Below are positions 22,535-34,242 of a stretch of 64,000 nucleotides of DNA, one piece after another. The stretch spans positions 8,620,001 through 8,684,000 of the forward strand of contig CM075992.1 of NCBI GenBank assembly GCA_038087875.1. The letters run 5' to 3'. Both the position numbers and the translations under genes were made by a program. The notes under the pieces are model-generated. The model saw only the letters and a list, made by a program, of their open reading frames with translations. It searched no databases and was not told the DNA's origin. This DNA is from Malacoraja senta. Taxonomy: Eukaryota. Numbering within the stretch: the first letter of the stretch is position 1; each line of letters begins with the position of its first letter.

Positions 22535-24732
22535 CTAGAAAAATAAATTGATAGTTTAGATCCAAGCTGAATAGTTCACAAACGATAGATTTAAAGTATT
22601 TTAATATTGAATTTAACAATAGAAGATACTCAAGGGCGGCCCAGTGGTGCAGCGGTAGAGTTGCTGCCTCACAGCGCCAGAGACCCGGGTTCGATCCTGG
22701 TTACGGGTGCTGTCTGTACGGAGTTTGTACGTTCTCCCCGTGACCGCACGTGTTTTCTCCAAGATCTTCGGTTTCCTCTCACACTCCAAAGATGTACGGG
22801 TTTGTAGGATAATTGGCTTGGTATAAATGTAAAATTGTCCCTAGTGTGTGTAAGGTAATGCTAATGTACGGGGATTGCTGGTCGGTGTGGACTCGGTGGG
22901 CCAAAGAGCCTTTTTCCGAGCTCTATCTCTAAACTCAACTAACAGCCTAATCAACAAGATCTAGGCCAAAGATTCAGTAATTTTAGACTTTGGAGGTACA
23001 GCATGGAAACAGGCCCTTCGGCCCACCGAGTCCATGCCGACCAGCGATCCCCGCACACTAACACTATCCGACATATACTAGGGACAATTATAATTTTTTA
23101 CCAAAGCCAAGTAACGTACAAACCCGCACGTCTTTGGAGTGTGTGAGGAAACAAGAGCACCCGGGGAAAACCCACACGGTCACAGGGAGGAACGTACAAA
23201 CTCCGTACAGACAGCACCCGTAGTCAGGTTGGAACCCGGGTCTCTGGCGCTGTGAGGCAGCAACTCTACCGCTGCGCCACCATGCTGCTCGTAGTTGGTG
23301 AGCAATAAGGTAGAGGTAGATAGAGAGATACAGCACTGAAACAGGCCCTTCGGTACACTGAGTCCATGCTGACTGACCTAAAGGAGCATCCTTTAATTCT
23401 GAGGCTGTGACCTCTAGTCCTAGACTCTCCCACTAGTGGAAACATCCTCTCCACATCCACTCTATCCAAGCCTTTCACTGTTCCGTACGTTTCAATGAGG
23501 TCTCCCCTCACCCTTCGAAACTCCAGTGATCCTGCTAAACTAAGTTCCTTCCTATCCGTCCTAAAGAGGTGCGTTAAAATGAGGTTTCACTGTATTTTCT
23601 CACTGAGGCTATTTCACAACCGTCACCATGTTTACATCTGACAACACTTCAAAGATTGCATCAAAGGAGGATATCCACAGAGCGCTTGTTGCAAGATTAT
23701 CCTGTGAACAAGACACTGAGCAAAATGAGCTGACCAATCTCACGCTCGATGCAACACAAAGCCTATCCATCACGCCTTGTCTTTGCAGAATGATTCTTAT
23801 CACTAGAGAAAATATTTTAGAGGAAACAATGCTCAAATTAGATTAGTGTATTGTGTTAGTTATTATTGCAATGAAATTCATCAGAATGTTACATCTCATA
23901 GAAACATAGAAATTAGGTGCAGCAGTAGGCCATTCGGCCCTTCGAGCCAGCACCGCCATTCAATATGATCAAGGCTGATCATCCAAAGTCAGTACCCCGT
24001 TCCTGCTTTTCCCCCCGTATCCCTTGATTCCGTTAGCCCTAAGAGCTAAATCTCTCTTGAAAACATCCAGTGAATTAGCCTCCACTGCCTTCTGCGGTAG
24101 AGAATTCCACAGATTCACAATTCTCTGGGTGAAAAAGTTTCTCCTCATCTCAGTCCTGAATAGCCTACCCCTGTGATTCTTAAACTGTGTGGCCCCTGGA
24201 TCTGGACTCCCCCAACATGGGGAACATTTTTCCTGCATCTAGCCCGTCCAATCCTTATGAATTTTATATGTTTCTATAAGATATCCTCTCATCCTTCTAA
24301 ATTCCAGTGAATACAAGCCCAGTTATCTACCTCACTGGTGACCCTCAGACTATCTTTGATCGGACTTTGCTGGCTTTACCTTGCACTAAACGTTATTCCC
24401 TTATCATGTATCTGTACACTGTAAATGGCTCGATTGTAATCATGTTTTGTCTTTCTGCTGACTGGTTAGCACGCAACAAAAGCTTTTCATTGCACCTCAG
24501 TACACGTGACAATAAACTAAAGTGAACACAGGAACAGGCCCTTCGGCCCACAATGTGTGTGCTGAACATAGCTTCAGAACCAACTCTCATCTACCTGCAC
24601 GTGATCCACATCCCTTGATTCCCTGTACATCCATAGTCTTTTAATCACCGTTATCATATCTGTCCCCACCTACACCCCCCTATGTGGATGGTGCCGTGCA
24701 TTGACGGGTGGGTGGGGAAGCAGCTGACTCAC

Positions 24733-24763
24733 CGTGAAGCCGGCGTCCACTCTCCCTCCGCAT
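24733..24763 (-). CDS. Gene 1 first coding exon (MRRESGRRLH)
   Basis: 31 coding nt starting at ATG, then a gtgagt donor in phase 1. Joined to the next exon it gives a basic n-region plus hydrophobic h-region. Confidence 0.6.
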
Positions 24764-26144
24764 CCTCCCCGGCGGCTCCGGCTCTGGATCACCGCGGACC
24801 TGCTGGTGGTTGAGAAGAATTTCAGCAAATCCCATCCCACGGTGATGCCCAACGCCGACACGGCAAAGGTCACGGGGAGGGGGGGGCGGCGGCGTGGATA
24901 CGGCCTTCAACGTGGCCCGGCTACACTGTGGTGGCTCTCCCGTGACTGCACGACACGGTGGCACAGCGGGTAGAGTCACCACCTCACAGCGCCACAGACC
25001 CGGGTTCAATCCCGACCTCAGGTGACCGCGTGGGTTTTCTCCGGGTGCGCCGGTTTCCTCCCACATCCCAAAGACTTACAAGTTTGTAGGTTAATTGCCC
25101 CCTGTAAATTGTACCCTCGTGTGTAGGGGGTGGATGAGAAAGTGGGATTATATGGAATTAGTGTGAACGGGTGATCGATGGTCGGCGAGGACTCGAAGGG
25201 CCGAAGGGCCTGTTTCCGTGCTGTATCTCTAAACTAAACTATAGAAACATAGAAAATAGGTACAGGAGTAGGCCATTCGGCCCTTCGAGCCTGCACCGCC
25301 ATTCAATATGATCATGGCTGATCATCCAACTCAGTATCCTGTACCTGCCTTCTCTCCATCTATCTTTCCATCTCAACCCCATTCTCCTGCTTTCTCCCCA
25401 TAACCTTTGACACCCGTACTAATCAACAACCTATTAATCTCCACTTAAAAAATGTCTTAGCCTCCACAGCCGTCTGTGGCAAAGAATTCCACAGTTTCAC
25501 CACCGTCTGACTAAAGAAATCCCTCCTCATCTCATTACCAAAAGAATGTCCTGGATGCTGGAGTGAAAATTGAGGAAAAAATGCTGGAGTAACTCAATGG
25601 GACAGGACAGGTGAATAAAGAGAAAGAAGATGAAACTTTATTGCAGTGAGGAATGTGCAAAACTGGATTGTGTTACTGCATTCTGTCATTATGTGGGAAA
25701 TAAGAATGGCCCAGGTCGGCAACAAAGCATGTTTACTGGATGTAGAAACCCCCGACATCAGTCTGAAGAAGTGTCTCGACCCGAAATGTCGCCTATTCCT
25801 TCTCTCCAGAGATACTGCCTTACCCGCTGAGTTATTCCGGCATTTTTGTCTACCTTCGATTTTTCCAGCATCTGCAATCCGATTTCTTGGTGACTAACTT
25901 GGTTTCCACCTCTCCCCAGCTCTGAAGCTGGCCCTGAAACTTGAAGTGTGTAGGAAGGAACTGTAGATGCTGGTTTACACCGAAAATAAACACAAAATGC
26001 TGGGGTAACTCAGCGGGACAGGCAGCATCTCTGGAGAAAAGGAATAGGTGATGTTTCTGGTCGAGAACCTTCTTCAGACCCTGAAGCATGATCTCTGTTT
26101 CTCTCTCCATGGAGTCTGCCTGACCTGCTGTGTGTTTCCACCAT

Positions 26145-26842
26145 GTCATAGAGTCATAGAGTGATACAGCATGGAAACAGGCCCTTCGGCCCAACTTGCC
26201 CACACCGACCAACATGTCCCATCTACACTAGTCCCACTTGCCTGCGCTTGGTCCGTATCCCTCCAAACCTGTCCGATCCATGTACCTGTCTAAATGTTTC
26301 TTAAACGTTGCCATAGTTCCTGCCTCAACTACCTCCTCTGGCAGCTTGTTCCATACACCCACCACCTTCTGTGTGAAAAAGTGAACCCCTCAGGTTCCTA
26401 TTAAATATTTCCCCCCCTCACCTTAAACCCATGTCCTCTGGTCCTCGATTCACCTTCTCTGGGCAAGAGACTCTGTGCATCTACCCAATCTATTCCTCTC
26501 ATGATTTTATACACCTCTATAAGATCACCCCTCATCCTCCTGCGCTCCAAGGAATAGAGTCCCAGCCTGCTCAACCTCTCCCTATAGCTCACACCCTCTA
26601 GTCCTGGCAACATACTCGTAAATCTTCTCTGAACCCTTTCCAGCTTGACAACATCTTTCCTGTAACACGGTGCCCAGAACTGAACACAGCACTCTAAATG
26701 CGGCCTCACCAACGTCTTGTACAACTGCAACATGACCTCCCAATTTCCATGCTCAATGCCCTGATGGATAAAGGCCAATGAACCAAAAGGCTTTTTGACC
26801 ACCCTATCTACCTGTGATGCCACTTTCAAGGAACTATGTACC
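26145..26842 (-). mobile_element. CR1 LINE 3' fragment (second subfamily)
   Basis: LYKTLVRPHLECCVQFWAP...LERVQRRFT...LGLYSLERRRMRGDLIEVYKI. Confidence 0.9.
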
Positions 26843-27135
26843 AGTAGCACGCCTGTCAAACAGTCTGAAGAAAGGGTCTCGACACGAAACGTCACCCATT
26901 CCTTCTCTCCAGAGATGCTGCCTGTCCCGCTGAGTTACTCCAACATTTTGTGTCTACCTGCACTACCAGTCCCCCCTGCTCTACACCCTCCCCAGAGCCC
27001 TACCGTTCACTGTGCAGCTTCTGCCCATGTTAGTGCTCTGGGTTTATGCTGGAATTTAGTTTTATAACTGTGGTCAGATCAAGAACTTCAGCATCACCGG
27101 TCAACCAAAACATCGTCACTCATTGAGCGAGTTAC

Positions 27136-27575
27136 CTCAGTGATAACAACTTGAAGCTTTGTGGATGGTACACACTCCAACGAAAGAGGCGACGGGCACT
27201 TTCAGCTTCCAGAAGCTTCCGACGACGGTGTCTTCTCGTTACTTCTGCGGTGGGGTAGGAGTGCAGCTTCTAGATGCTTCTAGAATGATCAAGAAGCAGC
27301 ACATAGTGTGACGGGACGATATCTCTCGAGCCGGACTTCCCTGCGGTGAAATGGTTGGAGATTTGTTCAGGTCTTGCTAACAAAGCAGAAGTGGGCGAGA
27401 GCGTTAATCTAATGAATGCATCAAGCGATAAAGGAAATGGTGAAGCTCTACAAACAACACTTCAACAGGCAGGAGCTAACATGCAGGTTTGTTTAACTGG
27501 AAAGCAGAAATCATGTGCTTCAAGTCTCACGTCAGCCTCGAGCCACCTCTATATCTGCAGAACTGGAGTGGAATA
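27136..27575 (-). promoter_or_regulatory. Candidate non-coding first exon/promoter of gene 1
   Basis: Repeat-free island upstream of the ATG exon with a GAG|gtaact donor at 27135, TGCGGT (RUNX-type) motifs and ETS-like purine motifs. Inference only. Confidence 0.3.
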
Positions 27576-30500
27576 GAGTTATTTTAGTTTTGTTTAGTTT
27601 CGTTCAGAGATACAGCGTGGAAACAGGCCCTTCGGCCCACTGAGTCCGTGCTGACCAGCGATCCCCGCATACTAGTTTAGTTTAGTTTAGAGATACAGCA
27701 TGGAAACGGGCTTCGGCCCACTGAGTCCATGCTGACCAGTGATCCCTGCACACTAGTTTAGTTTAATTTAGTTTAGTTTAGAGATACAGCGTGGAAACAG
27801 GCCCTTCGGCCCACCGAATCCACACCAACCATCAACCAACTCGTACACTAGTTCTATCCTACACGCTTGGGTATTTTACAGAAGTCAATTAACCTATAAC
27901 CCTGAACGTCTTTAGAAACTGGAGCACATGGAGAAAACCTACGCGGTCACAGGGCAATCAAGCAAACTCCATACAGACAGCATCCTGAGTCAGGATCGAA
28001 CCCAGGTCTCTGGCGCTGTGAGGTAGCAACTCTACCGCTGCGCCACCATGCCACCAATATCTCCAATCCCGAGGGAACATGAAATAGTTGGGATGAGAGC
28101 AACAGAGCAAGGGATAGAGTCACAAAGTACTGGAGTAACTCAGCGGGTCAGGCAGCATCACTGGAGAGAAGGGACAGGTGACGTTTCAGGTCCGGAGCCC
28201 TCTTCAGACTGAAGTAGGGTTCCAGCTGATATGTGTCTAGCTTCGGTATAAACCAGCATCTGCAGTTCCTTCCCACACAAGGGGTCGAGTCGGTCTGGGT
28301 GGAGTCAAGAGGCACCAGGGGATGACGGACATTGTTGGAGATGGCCTCGGGTCCCCAAACAGGGGGCACAATACAGCAGGATCTCTACCATGGGCCCTAG
28401 CTGTGCAGGGGAAATGACCAGAGGATATTCAACACAGATAAGCTGAGCAGAAGTGTGATCGTAATCTGATTTACGAAGAAAAGAGAAGTGAGTGATCGCA
28501 ATGCAACAAGTCTGAAGAAGGGTCTTGGTCACATTAATACTAGCAATGCTGGAGTAACTCAGCGGGACAGGCAGCAGCACTGGTGAGAAAGAATGGGTGA
28601 CGTTTCTTTTTTGGACTCGACTTCAAACGTCACCCATTCCTTCTCTGCAGAGATGCCGCCTGTCTCACTGAGTTACTCCAGCATTTTGTGTCTGTCTCTG
28701 AGGATTAAACACTCTTGACTCTCAGTCAGTGAGGGTTTACTGAGCAAAGGGTGTCACAAAGCAAAGACTGGTCTGAAGAAGGGTCTCGACCCGAAACATC
28801 ACCCATCCCTTCTCTCCAGATGCTGCCTGCCCCGCTGAGTTACTCCGGCATTTTATGTCTTATCTTCGGTGTAAACCAGCATCTGCAGTTCCTTCCTCCA
28901 CTGCCCCATGCTTGGCCCTGACTGACCTTCCTTCCCGTGATGGCATCTGCACGGATTTCACTCTAGAATCCCACTGACGCTGTAGACTCTGGTGCAGTAA
29001 TGGGCAGCACGATGGCGCAGCGGGTAGGACTGCTGCCTCACAGCGCCAGAGTCACGGGTTCGATCCTGACCACGGGTGCTGTCTGTACGGAGTTTGCACG
29101 TTCTCTCTAGGTTTTCCCCAGATGCTCTGTTTTCCTCCCACATCCTAAAGGTTTGTAGGTTAATTGGCATCGGTAAAAATTGTAAATTGTCCTGAGTATG
29201 TGTAAGATAGTTCTAGTGTACGGAGATCACTGGTCGATGTGGACTCGGTGGGCTGAAGTTTTCTGCGTTAAACTAAACTAAACTCCGATCACCTCTTGGT
29301 TTTGTCACCGTGGTGGTGAGATCAGAGTCACCTATCCTTGTTCTCCAGAGATGCTGCCTGACCCATTGAGTTACTCCAGCACTTTCTGTCTTTTTATTTG
29401 TACAACCAGTACCTGTAATTCCTTGTGTAGGAAGGAGCTGCAGATGCTGGTTTACACCGAAGATAGACACAAAATGCTGGAGTAACTCGGCAGGACAGGG
29501 CAGCATCTCTGGAGAGAAGGAATGGGCGACGTTTCTGGTCTTTCTACCTGTATTTCCCTGTATCTACCTCTGAACCTTTCCCATCCATGCAGGTGGGGGC
29601 TAACGGAATCAAGGGATATGGGGAGAAGGCAGGCAGGTTACTGATTGTGGATGATCAGCCATGATCACAATGAATGGCAGTGCTGGCTCGAAGGCCTGAA
29701 TGGCCTCGTCCTGCACCTATTGTCTATGTTTCTAAATGTTGTTACTGTATCTGTCTTAACTACTGTATCTCCTCTGGCAGTTTGTTCCACCCACTACACT
29801 TTAACTTGCTCGATTGTAATCACGTATTGTCTTTCTGCTGACTGGATAGCACGTAACAAAAGCTTTTCATTGTACCTCGGTACACGTGACAATAAACTAA
29901 ACTGAACTGGGAATATGTAGTAAGGAACTGCAGATGCTGGTTTAAACTGAAGATAGACACAAAAAGCTAGAGTCACTCAGCGGGACAGGCAGCATCTCTG
30001 GAACAATGGCTTGTTTCCTTTATCATCGTTACTTTTTTGCAGATCTTTCATTCATTTGTTCTATAACTCTCTACATCACCGTCTATATCTCTCGTTTCCC
30101 TCTCCCCTGCCTGTCAATCATCCTGCGCTCCAAGGAATAGATTCCCAGCCTGCTCAACCTCTCCATGTAGCTCAGACCCTCGAGTCCTGGCAACACTGAG
30201 CTATAGGGAGAGGTTGAGTAGACTGGGTCTCTATTTCTTGGAGCGCAGGAGCATGAGGGGTGATCTTATAGAGATGTATAAAATCATGAGAGGAATAGAT
30301 CGGGTAGATGCACAGAATCTCTTGCCCAGCGTTGGGGAATCGAGGACCAGAAGACATAGGTTTAAGGTGAAGGGGAAGCGATTTAATAGAAATCCGAGGG
30401 GTAACTGTTTCAGAGTGTGTTAGGTGTATGGAACGAGCTGCCAGAGGAGGTAGTTGAGGCTGGGACTATCCCAACTGTTTAAGAAACAGGGACATGGATA

Positions 30501-31137
30501 GGACAGGTTTGGAGGGATAAGGACCAAGCTCGAGTAGGTGGGACGAGTTTAGCTGGGACATGTTGGCCGGTGTTGGCAAGTTGGGCCAAAGGGCCTGTTT
30601 CCACGCTGTATCACTCTATGACCCTGTGACATCCTCGTAAATCTTCTCGGCACTCTTTTCACCCTAAACAAAGTTCAGTCCATCGATCTCCATCCTGTAT
30701 TCTGACTCAGGGAATTACCTGCAATTTGTCCATCAATAGTGGTGTCGTCAGTGAATTTAAAGATGAATTTGGAACTGAGTCCGGCTACAAGGTCTTGGGT
30801 ATAGAGGGAGTAGAGCAGGGGCTTGTAGGAAGGAACTGGAGATCCCGGTTTACACCGAAGATAGACCGAAAGTCAAAAGATAATTTGTGAAGGTTTCGAT
30901 CAGCCCCGACACGGGGTTAGATCGCCCGGCGCGGGGAGCTGAGATTCCCCCCCGATGTGGGAATTTGATCGACCCGACGAGGAGGGCCTGACCGCCGGCT
31001 ACGGGAGCCAAGATCGTCCCGTCAACGTAAGGCTCGAGGCCCCCGACCGCGGGAGAACAAAGAAGGGAACAAATTGAACTTTGTTTCGCCTTCCATCACA
31101 GTGAGGAACATGGAGGAGTCACTGTGGTGGATGTTTA

Positions 31138-32599
31138 TCTATATTACTAAAGTAAGATCTTGACTGAATTTGACATACTGTGATGTGATTTCCGAGAGAA
31201 CGCCGCCACTTACGGCCGTCATTTTTGGCCACCTCGCTCAGAGCCCCCTCCGCCGGACTGGACCGGAGGATTTTTACCATCGCTGAAAAATCAGAGAGAT
31301 ATTAATGTTAAAAAAAAATTCGCCATTGTCTCTGCTGCCCCCGCTGGCGGCAGGGGGGAGGGACTATAAAATCCAGAAGTGTCGTGGCTCACTCAGTCTC
31401 TGCCAGACGGAGGAAGCGAGAGGGTCACGGCTCTCTGAGCTGCGAATAACACTGAACGCACGTCTACTCCACGGTGAGTTCCCGGAATGTGGTTTTCAGC
31501 AAATGTGTTTGTTGTTTGCAAAGTGTTTGCCCAATTGGGTTGGCTTTTTAAAGGGCTTTCAGCAAATGTGTTTTGTTGGCTTGCAAAGTGTTTTTGCCCA
31601 ATTGGGTTGGCTTTTTAAAGGGCTTTCATCAAATGTGTTTTGTTGGCTTGCAAAGTGTTTTTGCCCAATTGGGTTGGCCTTTTAAAGGGCTTTCAGCAAA
31701 TGTGTTTTGTTGGCTTGCAAAGTGTTTTTGCCCAATTGGGTTGGCTTTTTAAAGGGCTTTCAACAAATGTGTTTTGTTGGCTTGTAAAGTGTTTTTGCCC
31801 AATTGGGTTGGCTTTTTAAAGGGCTTTCAGCAAACGTGTTTTGTTGGCTTGCAAAGTGTTTTTGCCCAATTGGGTTGGCTTTTTAAAGGGCTTTCAGCAA
31901 ACGTGTTTTGTTGGCTTGCAAAGTGTTTTTGCCCAATTGGGTTGGCTTTTAAAGGGCTTTTTAAAGGGCTTCCAGTTAGCGGCATGCTGGCGCTGATTGC
32001 GTCATTTCCGGTTCGTGGCAAGAAGCGAGAGGGTGACGTCAAGATGGAGCCGAGTGCAGGCGCCGTTGATTAATTCAAGAGAGCTGACTGCTATGTCTAT
32101 GGTGAGTGTGTTTGTTGGATGTTATTTAAAGCATGTTTTTGCTTCAGCACCAGCAGCCTCTACAGGAGGCTTTAAACATTCGTGTTACATACTGTATATT
32201 CAACACATTCTGAAGTTACTTGGCATTTTAGTATTTTGTGAGTGAATGTGTGTGTGTGTGTGTGTGAATGAGTCTGTGTGTGTGTGTGTGTGTGAATGAG
32301 TGTGTGAATGAGTCTGTGTGTGTGTGTGTGAATGAGTCTGAGTGTGAATGAGTCTGTGTGTGTGTGAATTAGTCTGTGTGTGTGTGTCTGTGTGTGTGTG
32401 TGTGTGAGAGAGTCTGTGTGTGAGTGTCTGTGAGGTGGAGGGTGTGTGTGATCAATAAATAGTACAAACTAGCGCAACAGAAAGCCGCCCACCCCCCCAC
32501 TGGCCAGCAATATTGGAATTGGTGGAGAGGTGGAATATTGCGTTGGGTGACCAGCCCTCCCGTGTGATGCTGGGACCCAACGGGTCCCACTTGGTCTAG
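31138..32599 (+). mobile_element. Non-autonomous Helitron
   Basis: 5' TC, 3' CTAG, inserted between A and T with no TSD; subterminal hairpin TGGGACCC-AAC-GGGTCCCA (32571-32589); it appears to interrupt an otherwise continuous repeat 3' end. Confidence 0.9.
31497..31970. repeat. 67-bp minisatellite (about 7 units) inside the Helitron
   Basis: AAAGGGC recurs at 31550, 31617, 31684 and onward; each unit carries the palindrome CCCAATTGGG. Confidence 0.92.
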
Positions 32600-33574
32600 T
32601 GTTATAATGTATTTTGTGTGTTCTGTTGCTTTTTATTGGTATGACTGTATGGCAAATCAAATTCCTCACATGTTGCAAAATATACTTGGCTAATAAAGTA
32701 TGATTATGATGATTATGATAGGAGCAGAATTAGGCCATTCAGCCCTTCAAGTCTACTCTGCCATTCAATCATGGCTGATCTATCTCTCCCTCCCAACCCC
32801 ATTCTCCTGCCTTCTCCCCATAACATCTGACACCCGTACTAATCAAGAATCTATCTATCTCTGCCTTAAATATATCCATCGAGTTGGTCTCCACAGCCGT
32901 CTGTGGTAAAGAATTCCACAGATTCACCACCCTCTGACTAAAGAAATTCCTCCTCATCTTCCCAAAAGAATGTCCAGGATGCTGGAGTGAAAATTGAGAT
33001 AAAGTGCTGGAGTAACTCAACGGGACAGGCAGCATCTCTGGAGAGAAGGAATGGGTGATGTTTCAGGTCGAGACCCTTCTTCAGACTGGCTGAAGGAAGC
33101 TGAACAGAGAGCATCCAGTTGCAGAGGGAATGTGCAGAGACCCACTTCTGTAAGATCATGTGATAGGAGTAGAATTAGGCCATTCGGCCCATCAACTGTA
33201 CTCCACCATTAAATCACGGCTGATCTATCTCTCCCTCCTAACCCCATTCTCCTGCCTTCTCCCCGTAACTCCTGACACCCGTACTAATCAAGAATCTATC
33301 TATCTCTGCCTTAAAAATATCCATTGGCCTCCACAGCTCTCTGTGGCAAAGAATTCCACAGATTCACCACGCTCTGACTAAAGAAATTCCTCCTCATCTC
33401 CTTCCTAAAGGTACGTCCTTTTATTCTGAGGCTGTGCCCTCTGGTCCTAGACTCTCCCACTAGTGGAAACATCCTCTCCACATCCACTCCATCCAGGCCT
33501 TTCATATTATGTTGTTAAGCTGGAAAGGGTTGAGAGGAGATTTACAAGGATGTTGCCAGGACTCGAGGGTCTGT

Positions 33575-34022
33575 AGTCAGAGTGAGGCCAAATGTAAATT
33601 GGGGGAACAGCTCCTCATATTTTGCTTGGGCACTCGCACCTCAGCGGTATGAATCTAGATTTCTCTAACTTCAAGTAACCTTTGCCCTTCCTCTCTCTCT
33701 GTCCCTCCCCCACCCTAGTCATCCTGCTAGTTTGACTGTTCGTATCCCTTCGTAATCACCTCTTCCACAGCCAACAATGGACCATTTTGGGCTCCACCTT
33801 CCCTTGGCCATCGGTGCCGGCTCCAATTTGTTCTTTATACCTTTTCATTCCTCTAGATTCCACTGAGAGTCGGGAGAGATCCCTCTCCCCTGACTCTCAA
33901 TGTGAAGAAGAGTCTCGACCTAAAACGTCACCCATTCCTTCTCTCCAGAGATGCTGCCTGTGTTACTCCAGCATTTTGTGTCTATCTTTGGTGTAAACCA
34001 GCATCTGCAATTCCTTCCTGTA
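33575..34022 (+). mobile_element. Penelope-like element 3' end (degenerate GIY-YIG C-terminus, UTR, hammerhead-like motif)
   Basis: KLGEQLLIFCLG...GMNLDFSNFK* pattern (with a frameshift), followed by the terminal repeat found throughout the window. Confidence 0.65.
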
Positions 34023-34242
34023 CATGATATCAACGGGTCCTCTAATTCTGAGGCTATGACCTCTAGTCCTAGACTCTCCCACGAGTGGAAACATCCTCTC
34101 CACATCCACTTTATCCAGGCCTTTCACTATTCTGTACGTTTCAATGAGGTCCCCCCCTCATTCTTCTAAACTCCAGCGAGTACAGGCCCAGTGCCGACAA
34201 ACACTCATCATAGGTTAACCTACTCATTTCTGGGATCATTCT

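Noticed and set aside
23609..23705. Short minus-strand frame DNLATSALWISSFDAIFEVLSDVNM after a cag acceptor
   Set aside because: Phase-0 reading inside a phase-1 intron with no recognisable homology; at most a relic of the intronic duplication.
31497..31970. Palindrome-containing repeats as a possible CRISPR array
   Set aside because: Head-to-tail 67-bp units with no spacers, inside a Helitron, in a eukaryotic context.
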